A DNA stretch of 36,303 nt, from the IMG/VR virus record IMGVR_UViG_3300037697_000022, positions 1 to 36,303 of that record; one strand, given 5' to 3'. A program made the translations under genes and the position numbers. Origin of the DNA: a virus (Duplodnaviria; Caudoviricetes). Below the pieces are notes generated by a model. It was not told the DNA's origin. It was given only the letters and a program-made list of their open reading frames with translations, and did not search any database. The stretch's first letter is position 1, and the number at the start of each line of letters is the position of its first letter. Positions 7,577-15,987 of this stretch are shown one piece after another.

Positions 7577-7735
7577 TCACCAAAGGTTGAGGCTCATCCT
7601 GAGCCCGGTGCCCCAGATGATGACGTTGATCATCACCAACGGCAGCAGCGCCCATTCCCAATCGGCGCTCATGTACCAGCGCAGCTCCGATCCGAACCAC
7701 CGGATCACCCGCGCCTCGATCCTCTCAGTGTCCAT
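7577..7735 (-). CDS. Small membrane protein (52 aa)
   Basis: AAGGAGGG RBS before ATG 7735; hydrophobic WALLPLVMINVIIWG. Confidence 0.65.
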   Translation of the reverse strand: MDTERIEARVIRWFGSELRWYMSADWEWALLPLVMINVIIWGTGLRMSLNLW

Positions 7736-7791
7736 CTTTCCCTCCTTCGTGGGTCCGTCATCCGGGCGCGACTGGCGCCCGGCAAACTGAC

Positions 7792-7848
7792 CTACTTCTT
7801 GCCGATGATCCGCTTGGCCTGCGCGATCATGAGAGCGAGGTATTCCAT
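7792..7848 (-). CDS. Putative 18-aa peptide
   Basis: MEYLALMIAQAKRIIGKK; AGGAGG RBS; ATG directly follows the upstream stop. Confidence 0.45.
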   Translation of the reverse strand: MEYLALMIAQAKRIIGKK

Positions 7849-8151
7849 TCAAGCCTCCTGAGCGATGTTGATGATGGTTTCGAGGGCGGTCAGGACGTGC
7901 ACGTGAACGTCCTTGCCAGTCCGGAAATACGTGGTCCGACCGAAGATCGCCCGAAAAAGCCAGTGGTAGCATTCGACCGGATTGTGACGGCAGTTCCTGT
8001 AGACACAGGCGATGAGGATGAAGGTGGCGCCGTCGAAGTGATCCACCTCCACCGAGCGCTTGGCTTCCGCCTTGTGATACTCGCTGAGCGAGTAGACGTG
8101 CTCAATCGAGAACTCAGAGCGGATCGCCAGTAGCTCACCCTTTGCTATCAT
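7849..8151 (-). CDS. Hypothetical protein
   Basis: AAAGGAGG RBS; first gene after the promoter at 8180-8209. Confidence 0.75.
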   Translation of the reverse strand: MIAKGELLAIRSEFSIEHVYSLSEYHKAEAKRSVEVDHFDGATFILIACVYRNCRHNPVECYHWLFRAIFGRTTYFRTGKDVHVHVLTALETIINIAQEA

Positions 8152-8179
8152 TGTGTCCTCCTTTGTTTCCTACCCTCAC

Positions 8180-8209
8180 AATGTAGGGCCTGCGTCCTAC
8201 GGCGTCAAG
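8180..8209 (-). promoter_or_regulatory. Early-type promoter with GTAG-N10-CTAC palindrome
   Basis: TTGACG(8208-8203)-N17-TACATT(8185-8180). Confidence 0.85.
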
Positions 8210-8238
8210 TGGGAAAATGCATCACGCTGCATCTTTTT

Positions 8239-8541
8239 TCAAAGCGACTCCATGAAGGCGTCGTCGCCTTGGACGATCACCACGTTGCCCACAAGGAAGT
8301 CGCCCGCCTGCGTCTGTTTGCGCCACAGATTGGTGGCGACGCTGTTGACCGGCAGACCCTTCAACTTGCCCTCCTCATTGCAGAAGGCGACGCACGCCTT
8401 GCGGTGGAACTTGGTGAAGCCGGGCACCTCTTCGATGTAGCCGCCGACGCCGGCTTGCAGCGCCTCCAGCTTGATCGGATCGGTGTAGCCATTGGTGGTC
8501 ATCTGGCCGGTCGGCTCGATGGTGGTCACGGTTCCTCTCAT
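8239..8541 (-). CDS. DUF3846-like protein
   Basis: LEALQAGVGGYIEEV...CNEEGKLKGLPVN..AT...LVGNVVI. Confidence 0.78.
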   Translation of the reverse strand: MRGTVTTIEPTGQMTTNGYTDPIKLEALQAGVGGYIEEVPGFTKFHRKACVAFCNEEGKLKGLPVNSVATNLWRKQTQAGDFLVGNVVIVQGDDAFMESL

Positions 8542-8542
8542 G

Positions 8543-8836
8543 TCAGCTCTCCTTTCCTTTTGCGATGGTCTGCGTCTCTGAGTAGCCGCGTGGCCATATG
8601 GCGAAGGCCACAACACCACGCAGCCAGACAGCGTCATCGGCGCCCTCGCCAAGCGAGGCGTCCATCGCCATGCTGGCGCCGGCCCACAGATCGAGGTTCA
8701 TCCTATCGACTGCACTCCCACCCATGACGCGGCCGGTGCGCTCCTTGTGCTGCCGCTTCTGCTCTTCAACCCGCGCTTCGATCCGAGCGGCGATGCTGAT
8801 CAGCAGCTCTTGGCGGCGTCCGTTGCTGTGGTCCAT
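8543..8836 (-). CDS. Hypothetical protein
   Basis: AGGAGGG RBS; packed in the operon. Confidence 0.7.
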   Translation of the reverse strand: MDHSNGRRQELLISIAARIEARVEEQKRQHKERTGRVMGGSAVDRMNLDLWAGASMAMDASLGEGADDAVWLRGVVAFAIWPRGYSETQTIAKGKES

Positions 8837-8837
8837 G

Positions 8838-8978
8838 TCAGTACCCTCCTGTGAGTTCGATGCGCCACCGGGCGCCGAACTGATCCGGGTAGGCTCGGAA
8901 GGAAACGCCCTCCCTAACCAGCCCGGCGATGATGGTGGCCAAGTCCTTCAACTCGATGTCCTCGATCACCTTGGTCAT
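8838..8978 (-). CDS. Hypothetical protein (46 aa)
   Basis: Not in the ORF track. MTKVIEDIELKDLATIIAGLVREGVSFRAYPDQFGARWRIELTGGY; GGAGG RBS; ATGA overlap. Confidence 0.7.
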   Translation of the reverse strand: MTKVIEDIELKDLATIIAGLVREGVSFRAYPDQFGARWRIELTGGY

Positions 8979-9283
8979 GATGTAGCCTCCAGAACCTCGG
9001 GCAGGTAGTTGGCGAGGGTAAGCTTGGCAGCTGCCAGATCAGCCACGCTGAACGCCTCGGGGAAAGTCACCGCGACCATCGCCCAATCCGCGTCCTCCTC
9101 GTACCAGCCGGAATGGCTGAAAGCGGTTGCCTTCATGGCGTCCGGCATCTGGGCGTAGCGCTCGGGCGAAAGCCGAATGCCACCGTGGCTGGGGGTGCTG
9201 ACAAACCAGATACCCGGTGCCAGCTCCCACGAGTCTTGGATGATGCCCCAAGGGCTCATCTGTCCGTTCAGTGGTCCGTTCAT
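8975..9283 (-). CDS. Conserved mobile-element protein (DUF7007-like)
   Basis: PWG..Q...PGIWFVSTPSHGGI.LS.ER...WYEEDADW; GGAGGG RBS before ATG 9283. Confidence 0.72.
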   Translation of the reverse strand: MNGPLNGQMSPWGIIQDSWELAPGIWFVSTPSHGGIRLSPERYAQMPDAMKATAFSHSGWYEEDADWAMVAVTFPEAFSVADLAAAKLTLANYLPEVLEATS

Positions 9284-9516
9284 TACATTCCCTCCATTGC
9301 TTTGTAGACGCTGCTGTAGTTGTAGATGCCGCCATCCGGCGTCCGGAACGGGAGCTGCCCGCTGCGGATGGTCTGCATGAACAGCTGTGCCGCGCGCTTC
9401 CGCGACCCGGTCGACTCCATGCAGTCCTTGGCGAAGGTGTAGAGTCCCTCGTCGTTGTTGATCCAGAGGCTCACGTTCCACGCGTTCCAGCTGGAATGTC
9501 CGTTGTACTTGGCCAT
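9283..9516 (-). CDS. Conserved phage early protein (YNG..WNVxLWxxNDExxY type)
   Basis: KYNGHSSWNAWNVSLWINNDEGLY; AAAGGAGAGG RBS. Confidence 0.75.
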   Translation of the reverse strand: MAKYNGHSSWNAWNVSLWINNDEGLYTFAKDCMESTGSRKRAAQLFMQTIRSGQLPFRTPDGGIYNYSSVYKAMEGM

Positions 9517-9537
9517 CTGTCCTCTCCTTTCATGCCT

Positions 9538-9567
9538 CATGTAGGGCACGCGCCCTACCCCGTCAAG
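9538..9567 (-). promoter_or_regulatory. Early-type promoter with GTAGGGC-N4-GCCCTAC palindrome
   Basis: TTGACG(9566-9561)-N17-TACATG(9543-9538). Confidence 0.85.
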
Positions 9568-9579
9568 AGGCGCGGTGCA

Positions 9580-9765
9580 TCACTTTGCACTGGCGCCGAT
9601 CTTGTCCCACACCCGGCGCGCAATCTTGTGGGCGTTGCGCTGGGGTTGCCGCACGCGCACCCACTTGCGCCCGATCTTCGCCTCGACAATGCGGATGCCG
9701 CTGGCGATGCCGGGCACCTCATCGATCAGGTGCACCTGAAAGCGTGGCCATGGTTGCTTTTTCAT
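9580..9765 (-). CDS. Small basic hypothetical protein (61 aa)
   Basis: AAGGAGG RBS before ATG 9765. Confidence 0.7.
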   Translation of the reverse strand: MKKQPWPRFQVHLIDEVPGIASGIRIVEAKIGRKWVRVRQPQRNAHKIARRVWDKIGASAK

Positions 9766-9823
9766 CGGGGGTTCCTCCTTGGTTGGCCCGTTGAGCGGCG
9801 CCCTCCAGACGCCGCCTGACTGG

Positions 9824-10219
9824 TCAATCCATCCGGCTGTCGGCGTAGGCATCCTCAACGCCGCCGTCCCTCAGCACCTTGGCATAGGCGCGGGCGTAGG
9901 CTTCCTTGCGCTGCATGCTCTGCCCGAACCCGCTGACATGGACGGAGAGCCCCTTGGGGTAGCCGGTGCGCGCCTTGCCCATCCGCTTCATATAGCGTCC
10001 GAACGGCGTGTTGCCGGGGAACTTGACCCACGCGAAACCGCACACGCCATCGGCGATGTACTCTTCGGTGCCGGGGATCATTTCATCGCTGAATATGCTC
10101 TTGGCTTGTCCAACGATCATCGGCACGGGCAGGGCAGCGTGCCCCGCCTCATTGCCGGCCGTCTCAGCCTTGCGTACCAGCTCGGCGAAGACACGGTCTT
10201 GGTCGTTAAGCTTCCTCAT
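9824..10219 (-). CDS. Conserved hypothetical phage protein
   Basis: GVCGFAWV...QSMQRKEAYARAYAKVL...SRMD pattern; GAGGAGG RBS. Confidence 0.8.
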   Translation of the reverse strand: MRKLNDQDRVFAELVRKAETAGNEAGHAALPVPMIVGQAKSIFSDEMIPGTEEYIADGVCGFAWVKFPGNTPFGRYMKRMGKARTGYPKGLSVHVSGFGQSMQRKEAYARAYAKVLRDGGVEDAYADSRMD

Positions 10220-10229
10220 CTGATCCTCC

Positions 10230-10427
10230 TCAGAATTTGCAGGCGGCCATGAACTTGGCCCAATCGAAGCGGGGGTTGTCGGCTCTGAACGTGTCGGCGA
10301 CGGTCATCGCCACGTTCAACAGAGCCTGCTTGACGGCGGCATCGCAGTAGGTGTCGCCGGCAGTCTTTTCCACCTCAGCCTTGAAGGCGTCGGCGACGGC
10401 TCGGTAGTCTTTGCGGCTGGTCATCAT
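10230..10427 (-). CDS. Conserved hypothetical phage protein
   Basis: SRKDY..VA ... F.ADNPRFD..KF..AC pattern. Confidence 0.78.
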   Translation of the reverse strand: MMTSRKDYRAVADAFKAEVEKTAGDTYCDAAVKQALLNVAMTVADTFRADNPRFDWAKFMAACKF

Positions 10428-10687
10428 ATGATCCCTTCAAAATCCACACCGGCCTTGGCGACATCGCCGCCCTTCTCGCCGATGCTGCGCAGCAGGCCAC
10501 GAACCTGATCCTTGTCGGACTCAGTCAGCTCGCCGTCCTGATACAGGTTGTAGAAGCCGCCGAGTTCGTAGCACTCGTAGCAGCCCTTGAAGCCGACACT
10601 CACCGCGTTCGTCTCGCGGGTCATTCGGTCGCAGTAGCGGCACTTGAAAGCGCCGGTGCCACGCTTGAAGCCATCTGTCCTTTTCAT
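10424..10687 (-). CDS. Small Zn-binding hypothetical protein
   Basis: CRYC ... CYEC; AAAGGAGGG RBS. Confidence 0.75.
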   Translation of the reverse strand: MKRTDGFKRGTGAFKCRYCDRMTRETNAVSVGFKGCYECYELGGFYNLYQDGELTESDKDQVRGLLRSIGEKGGDVAKAGVDFEGII

Positions 10688-10712
10688 CGTGTCCCTCCTT
10701 TGTGTACGCCCT

Positions 10713-10741
10713 AATGTAGGGCTTGCGTGCTACATCGTCAA
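10713..10741 (-). promoter_or_regulatory. Early-type promoter with ATGTAG-N10-CTACAT palindrome
   Basis: TTGACG(10741-10736)-N17-TACATT(10718-10713). Confidence 0.85.
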
Positions 10742-10772
10742 CCCACAAAAACAAGGGTTGAGTAGAATTTCG

Positions 10773-10801
10773 TTGCAAAACGATGCACCAATCGCTACTT
10801 T
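10773..10801 (+). promoter_or_regulatory. Rightward promoter for the methyltransferase operon
   Basis: TTGCAA(10773-10778)-N17-TACTTT(10796-10801), in the divergent intergenic region. Confidence 0.65.
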
Positions 10802-10823
10802 GGGAGCAAAGGAGTTCTGAGGC

Positions 10824-11459
10824 ATGAGCGAAAAACCGAGCGGCTATGACCGGATACCGGGTGACCGCTATTACACGCCGCTGTGGGTGACCGAGCTGCT
10901 GATCAAGGCAGAGGAAATGCGCCCGCCGATCTGGGACCCGGCCGCTGGTGCCGGGCATATCCTCGCCGCCTTCCATGAGGCCGGGTGGCCTATGAACCAG
11001 CTGCGCGGCACCGATATCGCGCCGGATGTTGAGCCGGTGAGAGTGCTCAGCACCCCGGACAGGCCCTCGCCAAGCCTAACAGTCACGCCGGGCGACTTCT
11101 TCCAGATGTCCGGCGGCGACGGCACCGTTATCAGCAACCCACCGTTCGGGCCGCAGGGGCGCACTGCCGTCCGGTTCATTCGGCATGCCCTGAGTGAGGC
11201 TGAGCATTGGGATGGCAAGGTGGCGATGCTGCTGCCGATGAGTTTCGACAGCGCCAGCGGCCGGCGCGATCTCTTCAAGGATCACCCGGCCTTCGTCGGC
11301 AAGTACACGCTCACCAAGCGGATCATCTGGGCCAACCTGCCGCCGAAGTTCGACAAGAACGGCCGTCAGATTGGGTCGACCAAAGACCACGCGTGGTTCA
11401 TCTGGGACTGGCGCCGCCACCCGCTGAACGGGAACCGCTTTCTGAGGTATTTGCCATGA
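10824..11459 (+). CDS. DNA amino-methyltransferase (likely N6-adenine), orphan in this window
   Basis: D.YYTP.W, WDPAAGAG (motif I) and ISNPPF (motif IV). Confidence 0.88.
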   Translation: MSEKPSGYDRIPGDRYYTPLWVTELLIKAEEMRPPIWDPAAGAGHILAAFHEAGWPMNQLRGTDIAPDVEPVRVLSTPDRPSPSLTVTPGDFFQMSGGDGTVISNPPFGPQGRTAVRFIRHALSEAEHWDGKVAMLLPMSFDSASGRRDLFKDHPAFVGKYTLTKRIIWANLPPKFDKNGRQIGSTKDHAWFIWDWRRHPLNGNRFLRYLP

Positions 11460-11659
11460 TGCCCAAGCCGCCGTCAGAACTGATCGATGAGCACTTGATC
11501 GAGGCGATCAAGATGTACCGCGTGCTCAACAAGTCGAAGATGCTGCCGCGCCGGGACTATCAGCGGCGCCTCAAAGAGCTGAACGCGGAGGCGAAACGCC
11601 GTGGCATCTACGTGCCGCAAAAGCGGGTCGAGATCATGGAAGAGGATGAGAGCAATTGA
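11456..11659 (+). CDS. Hypothetical protein (67 aa)
   Basis: ATGA overlap with the methyltransferase stop; GAGGT RBS. Confidence 0.65.
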   Translation: MMPKPPSELIDEHLIEAIKMYRVLNKSKMLPRRDYQRRLKELNAEAKRRGIYVPQKRVEIMEEDESN

Positions 11660-12024
11660 CCAATCCCTATGAGGAAATGGCCGCTGGGTTGCGGGCTGTG
11701 GCGATCTCATTGCGCCACAATGACCACCTGCCTCCGATTACCACCCGCACCATTGATTCGGAACTGCTGCTCAGGGCCGCCAATGAGCTGGAAGCCACGG
11801 GTGCCGCCGTCGAGGCCGCCACGCATCTGGCGTTCACCGCTGCCAATGATGTGGTCACCACCAAAAAGCAGAACAGCGAGCTGCAAGAGGCCAACGGCCG
11901 GCTGGTCGACGCCAACAGAAGGCTGAAAAAGCATGTGAGTTGGTGGAAGGCTCTCACCCGCCAGCTCCACAACCATTCGCTGGAGCTGGAACGGCGCTGG
12001 CAGGACGGAGACGATATCAGATGA
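11656..12024 (+). CDS. Hypothetical coiled-coil protein
   Basis: TTGA overlap; heptad-like C-terminal half. Confidence 0.65.
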   Translation: MTNPYEEMAAGLRAVAISLRHNDHLPPITTRTIDSELLLRAANELEATGAAVEAATHLAFTAANDVVTTKKQNSELQEANGRLVDANRRLKKHVSWWKALTRQLHNHSLELERRWQDGDDIR

Positions 12025-12221
12025 GGTTCACCACCGAAGAGAAGCTGGATGAGCTGCGCACCGAGCTGCGCTATCGCCGCCGCGTCTATGCCCGGCTTGT
12101 CGTGCAGGGCAAGATGAGCGAAGCGGATGCTGATCATCGCCTCGCCATCATGACTGAGATCGCCATGGACTATCAGGACAAGGTGACACTCGCCAATCCA
12201 ATGCTGCCGGGGCTCAAATGA
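12021..12221 (+). CDS. Conserved hypothetical phage protein (66 aa)
   Basis: EL.YRRRVY.RLV.QGKMS...AD pattern; ATGA overlap. Confidence 0.75.
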   Translation: MRFTTEEKLDELRTELRYRRRVYARLVVQGKMSEADADHRLAIMTEIAMDYQDKVTLANPMLPGLK

Positions 12222-12472
12222 GGCCGCTCCTGCCCGGTCGCGTGCGCTGCTGTGTGCCCGGCTGCGGGCGCACCTTCAAGGAGGGTGACTACAGCGAGAT
12301 CGTCTGCGGTAAGCACTGGCGGCTTGGCGATCAGCGTCTCCGCCGGCTGCACTGTAGGATCAGGCGCAAGGCCAAGAAGCACGTCGGCTGGACACCGCAG
12401 CTGGTGCGCCTCGAATACCGGGTGTGGCAGAAGCTGCGGGATCAAATCATTGAGCGGAGCATGGGAATATGA
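12218..12472 (+). CDS. Small Zn-finger protein
   Basis: CCVPGCGRT ... CGKHWR. Confidence 0.72.
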   Translation: MRPLLPGRVRCCVPGCGRTFKEGDYSEIVCGKHWRLGDQRLRRLHCRIRRKAKKHVGWTPQLVRLEYRVWQKLRDQIIERSMGI

Positions 12473-12711
12473 GTGTATTTGACTGGATCGCACGGCTTCT
12501 CGACCGGCAGGACGATCATGATCCTCATCACCATCACAAGCGCCGCGCCGAAGTGCTGGCCATCATCGACATGGCGCACCGCAGCAGCCTCACCTTCGAT
12601 GAAAACCTGAGCGTGCTCGTCTCGTGCATCCGCTGTGGCAACGTCGTATATATCGGTATGAGCAAAGACTTGCCCGATGTCATCAACCACACCTGCAACG
12701 GACTGCACTGA
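12469..12711 (+). CDS. Hypothetical protein
   Basis: ATGA overlap; His-rich stretch, CIRC...HTC. Confidence 0.65.
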   Translation: MSVFDWIARLLDRQDDHDPHHHHKRRAEVLAIIDMAHRSSLTFDENLSVLVSCIRCGNVVYIGMSKDLPDVINHTCNGLH

Positions 12712-12713
12712 CT

Positions 12714-13016
12714 ATGAGGAACAAGTTCAACAGCCCAACGCGCCTTCGGGTGCATGACCCGCTATCCGCTACCTTCAAGGCGGACAGAGGCATAGGCAAC
12801 AGGATCGTCACTATCGATGACGCGCTTGACGTGATCGATATCAAAAATCGAAGCAAGGCCAACAGCGTCCGCAAGGCCAAGGAACGCGGGCAGCTCACCC
12901 TGCAACAGCAGCTCAATCTGGCAAAAGGCCGCACAGCCATGAAGACCAAACGCGGCACGATCAAAATGCCCCAAATCTCCTTTCTCCAACACGATGACGA
13001 TGAAGATGGGACGTAA
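12714..13016 (+). CDS. Hypothetical basic protein
   Basis: ATG 2 nt after the previous stop; operon continuity. Confidence 0.6.
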   Translation: MRNKFNSPTRLRVHDPLSATFKADRGIGNRIVTIDDALDVIDIKNRSKANSVRKAKERGQLTLQQQLNLAKGRTAMKTKRGTIKMPQISFLQHDDDEDGT

Positions 13017-13431
13017 GATCACCTCGACCAAGCCCAAACTCCGCGCCGATGGCCATCGCATCCCGGTGTTCATCAACGCATACATCGCTGATCCGACGCG
13101 CAACGGAACACGCGCTGCCATCAAGGCTGGATACAGCAAAGCGACCGCCGGACAGAAGGCGCATGAGCTGTTGAAACGCAGTGATATCAGGGAAATGATG
13201 GCCAAAGCGGCCTACGACATGGTCAAGGATTTGCAGTTCGACGGCAAGATGGTGCTGCAAGAGCTGGGCACCGTCGCCTTCTCGCCGATCCTCCCCGGTG
13301 GACACATCACATCCTCCGCAAAGGTCCGCGCGCTCGAACTTCTGGGTCAGCACTTCCGGCTCTGGGAGGGATCGACCGGCAGCAAGGTGATCAACATCCA
13401 TATGACCAACATCGATCTGCGGACGATGTAG
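12994..13431 (+). CDS. terS: Terminase small subunit (start may be 13000 or 13006)
   Basis: F..AY..D..RNGTRAAIKAGYSKATA...A.ELLK...I ... KVRALELLGQH, the SPP1 G1P/Terminase_2-like signature. Confidence 0.85.
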   Translation: MTMKMGRKITSTKPKLRADGHRIPVFINAYIADPTRNGTRAAIKAGYSKATAGQKAHELLKRSDIREMMAKAAYDMVKDLQFDGKMVLQELGTVAFSPILPGGHITSSAKVRALELLGQHFRLWEGSTGSKVINIHMTNIDLRTM

Positions 13432-13438
13432 AATAAAT

Positions 13439-13699
13439 TTGCGCGGCGAGGGGCCAAAATGGCCTGTTTATTGCCCTACGTGTAAGCAAAATTATACCCC
13501 TAAATGGAGCGAAGAAATGAATTATGAGCGGTGGGCACAGCGGGTGCTCTTGCAAGCGGCCAAGCGCACCTCGCTGGTCAAGTGTCAGGAGTGCGACAAA
13601 CCCTTCATGGCGGGGTATCTGACCGGCAGGAGCCGTAAGGCCAAGTTCTGCTCTACTCAATGCCGCGTGCGCAGCTGGCGCAAACGCACCTTGCAATGA
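13439..13699 (+). CDS. Zn-finger protein with FCS motif (start uncertain)
   Basis: CQEC.KPF ... KFCSTQCR. Confidence 0.6.
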   Translation: MRGEGPKWPVYCPTCKQNYTPKWSEEMNYERWAQRVLLQAAKRTSLVKCQECDKPFMAGYLTGRSRKAKFCSTQCRVRSWRKRTLQ

Positions 13700-13719
13700 T
13701 CACCATCGTGCATCACATT
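13691..13719 (+). promoter_or_regulatory. Promoter of accessory module 1
   Basis: TTGCAA-N17-CACATT with CGTGCATCA abutting the -10. Confidence 0.6.
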
Positions 13720-13747
13720 GGTGCATCTGGAAAGGAAGGAACCACCA

Positions 13748-14041
13748 ATGAACAAGGAACGCATTGCCGCTGTGGCTGAGGCCATGAACGCCATCACCGA
13801 AGGTGTTGGCCATGTGCTGCACGATCAGTACGGGGACAGGATGACCCGTGAGCAGACGCTGGAAGCCATCGCCGGACTGTCGATGGCCACCGCCATGCTG
13901 TCCTCAGCCGTCATGAGCGGGGATCAGAAGAGCGCCCGTGATGCCGCCAGCGAAGCGCTGGAGATCGCCTTCGGCCACGCCGATGTGGTCATTCCCCTCT
14001 ACATGGAAGAAATGCAGCGGAGGATGAAGCCCGATGCTTAA
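13748..14041 (+). CDS. Hypothetical helical protein A1 (paralogue of 14676-14954)
   Basis: AAGGAAGGA RBS; shared GD..TR.Q..EA...GD...AFG. Confidence 0.75.
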   Translation: MNKERIAAVAEAMNAITEGVGHVLHDQYGDRMTREQTLEAIAGLSMATAMLSSAVMSGDQKSARDAASEALEIAFGHADVVIPLYMEEMQRRMKPDA

Positions 14042-14426
14042 GATCGATGTCGACAGGACAGTGGCCGATGTTGAGGCCGCCTTCCGGCAAATGGGCAAGG
14101 GTGAGGCTGAGCCGAGTCTCGTCCTGCAAGCCAAGCACGCTGATCTGGGTGGCCACCTCATGCGCTACTTCCTCGAACTGGAAGGCACCGACTATACGTT
14201 CGAGGATCGGATCGGAGCCCTCGCCGCCATGGTGGCCGGGACCATCGCCAACCTTGGGGATGAGCGCTCGCGCGAGTCCAACATCGCGGCCATCCTCTTC
14301 GTGCGGGCCTTCATGTCGGATATCGACCAGTATCGCGCGGCACAGGCTGAGGCCAAGGCCGGCAAGGGTCCGGAGAACGATAGCCTGTCGTTCGACGTGC
14401 ATCGCATCGACGTGGGTGACGCATGA
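14034..14426 (+). CDS. Hypothetical protein B1
   Basis: GGAGG RBS; termini resemble those of 15362-15784. Confidence 0.75.
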   Translation: MLKIDVDRTVADVEAAFRQMGKGEAEPSLVLQAKHADLGGHLMRYFLELEGTDYTFEDRIGALAAMVAGTIANLGDERSRESNIAAILFVRAFMSDIDQYRAAQAEAKAGKGPENDSLSFDVHRIDVGDA

Positions 14427-14623
14427 TCAGTGCCTCCACATTCCTCGTCGCCTTTGTGTTCGCCGTCCTCTACCTCGCTATCGGCGTGGTGGTGGACGTG
14501 GTGATCCATATCGCCCTCCCCATCGTCTATTGGGATCGGGACCACGCGATGAAGTCGCATGCAGTGGTCATCGTCACATGGCCCTATGTGGTGGTGCAAA
14601 TCATCCGGCACGGCGGCTTGTAA
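14423..14623 (+). CDS. Small membrane protein
   Basis: Two hydrophobic segments; ATGA overlap. Confidence 0.7.
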   Translation: MISASTFLVAFVFAVLYLAIGVVVDVVIHIALPIVYWDRDHAMKSHAVVIVTWPYVVVQIIRHGGL

Positions 14624-14646
14624 TCTGCCGCGCCGTGCATCATCTT
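14618..14646 (+). promoter_or_regulatory. Promoter of accessory module 2
   Basis: TTGTAA-N17-CATCTT with CGTGCATCA abutting the -10, as in module 1. Confidence 0.55.
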
Positions 14647-14675
14647 ACATCCAACCCCTGAAAGGAGGGACGGAT

Positions 14676-14954
14676 ATGAGCAAGTTTGAAGACAACGTGA
14701 GCCGGCTGGAGCGCAGCATTCACAACCTGATTATTGCGCACCTTGGTGACAACCCCACGCGTGATCAGGAGATCGAGGCGCTGTCAGCTATCTACAGCGC
14801 CTCTGCCGCCATCGCCTTGGCCTTCGCGGCCGGTGATCCCGTGCAGGGTGAGAAGTTCGCCCATGGTGGGATCAAGGCCGCCTTCGGCGACATTCGGGCC
14901 AGCGGCATTGGCGAGCGGTTGCGGCACGCGGTGAAGGAGGCTCGGAATGGTTAA
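14676..14954 (+). CDS. Hypothetical helical protein A2 (paralogue of 13748-14041)
   Basis: AAAGGAGGG RBS before ATG 14676. Confidence 0.78.
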   Translation: MSKFEDNVSRLERSIHNLIIAHLGDNPTRDQEIEALSAIYSASAAIALAFAAGDPVQGEKFAHGGIKAAFGDIRASGIGERLRHAVKEARNG

Positions 14955-15360
14955 GAAGATCGATGTTGAGAGGATGGCGCAGCTCATGCGCGAGGCTGTG
15001 GGCAACACCCCCATGCCCGAAGGGCTGAGCGAAGTGGATCGCGCCATCGTGGAAGCCGTCTTCGCCGCCTCCGAGGCACAGATCGGGCTCATGCGGTGGT
15101 GGGCCGGGCAGGCCAATGATGGAGTGAACCGCGACGTTATCGAGGCAGCTCTCGCCAACGTGCTCACCAATCAGATTCTCAACGCCGCGATGTCGCTCTA
15201 TGACTCGCCGCTCGAAGCAATCGAGTTCTGCCACAGCATCATCGGTGGCATGCCGATCTTGATGCAGCGCGGGCTCAAAGCCTACACCGGACAGCCTGAC
15301 GACAAATCCCTGATCCTCGGGAAGGGCGTCACCTATGTCCCCGAAAAGGAGGTTGACTGA
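14947..15360 (+). CDS. Hypothetical protein B2
   Basis: AAGGAGG RBS; N-terminus KIDVER resembles B1 KIDVDR. Confidence 0.75.
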   Translation: MVKKIDVERMAQLMREAVGNTPMPEGLSEVDRAIVEAVFAASEAQIGLMRWWAGQANDGVNRDVIEAALANVLTNQILNAAMSLYDSPLEAIEFCHSIIGGMPILMQRGLKAYTGQPDDKSLILGKGVTYVPEKEVD

Positions 15361-15361
15361 C

Positions 15362-15784
15362 ATGGTTTTGAAATTCGTGGATATCGACAAGTCGGTGGCG
15401 GAGATCGTCGCCAAGGGCGTGGAAGCGCAAAACAACCCTGACATGCCGGACTTCGCCAAGTTGCAAGCCCGGCTGCTGCCCATCCAAGCGGCGTTCGTGC
15501 GCGGCTACCTCGAAGAGCTGAACCGTGGCACAGACCTGCAAGAGCTGGTCACAGCCATGGGGCTCTCAGCCGGCACAGCGCTGTTCAACCTTGTGCGCAA
15601 CAGCGAGGCCACGGACGCGACGCCGGAAGGTGAAGACCCGACGCACCTCGCCATGCACCAAATGATCGATCTGGTGAGCCGCGCCATGCACGACGCGTGG
15701 AACTATGACCGTGGCGAAACCCCAGAGGGGATCGTCGGTGATGGCAACGTCGACTTCAACCGCAAGGAGGTGGGAGACGCGTGA
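15362..15784 (+). CDS. Hypothetical protein B3
   Basis: AAGGAGGT RBS; ends VGDA like B1. Confidence 0.75.
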   Translation: MVLKFVDIDKSVAEIVAKGVEAQNNPDMPDFAKLQARLLPIQAAFVRGYLEELNRGTDLQELVTAMGLSAGTALFNLVRNSEATDATPEGEDPTHLAMHQMIDLVSRAMHDAWNYDRGETPEGIVGDGNVDFNRKEVGDA

Positions 15785-15987
15785 TGCAAAACGACATGCA
15801 GGACAAGATCATCGAAGCCACCATCAAGCTGCAAGAGGCGGCCTATCGTGCCGGCTTTGCCGCCTGCAAGGCGGTGGCTCTCGAATGCGCCAGCGACATG
15901 CCCGAAGTCTTGCGGATCGCGGCTCTGAGCCCAGATGAGGATGAGCTGGCCCGTCTGCTGCGCCGGATGCGGGAGATGTCCAGATGA
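15781..15987 (+). CDS. Hypothetical protein
   Basis: GTGA overlap; operon continuity. Confidence 0.65.
   Translation: MMQNDMQDKIIEATIKLQEAAYRAGFAACKAVALECASDMPEVLRIAALSPDEDELARLLRRMREMSR

Noticed and set aside
6804-7790. 328-aa plus-strand ORF
   Set aside because: Antisense to a chain of small minus-strand genes that each have a strong RBS.
411-11459. HNH or DUF1064 nuclease plus methyltransferase as a restriction-modification system
   Set aside because: The genes are about 9-10 kb apart in different operons, and orphan methyltransferases are common in phages.
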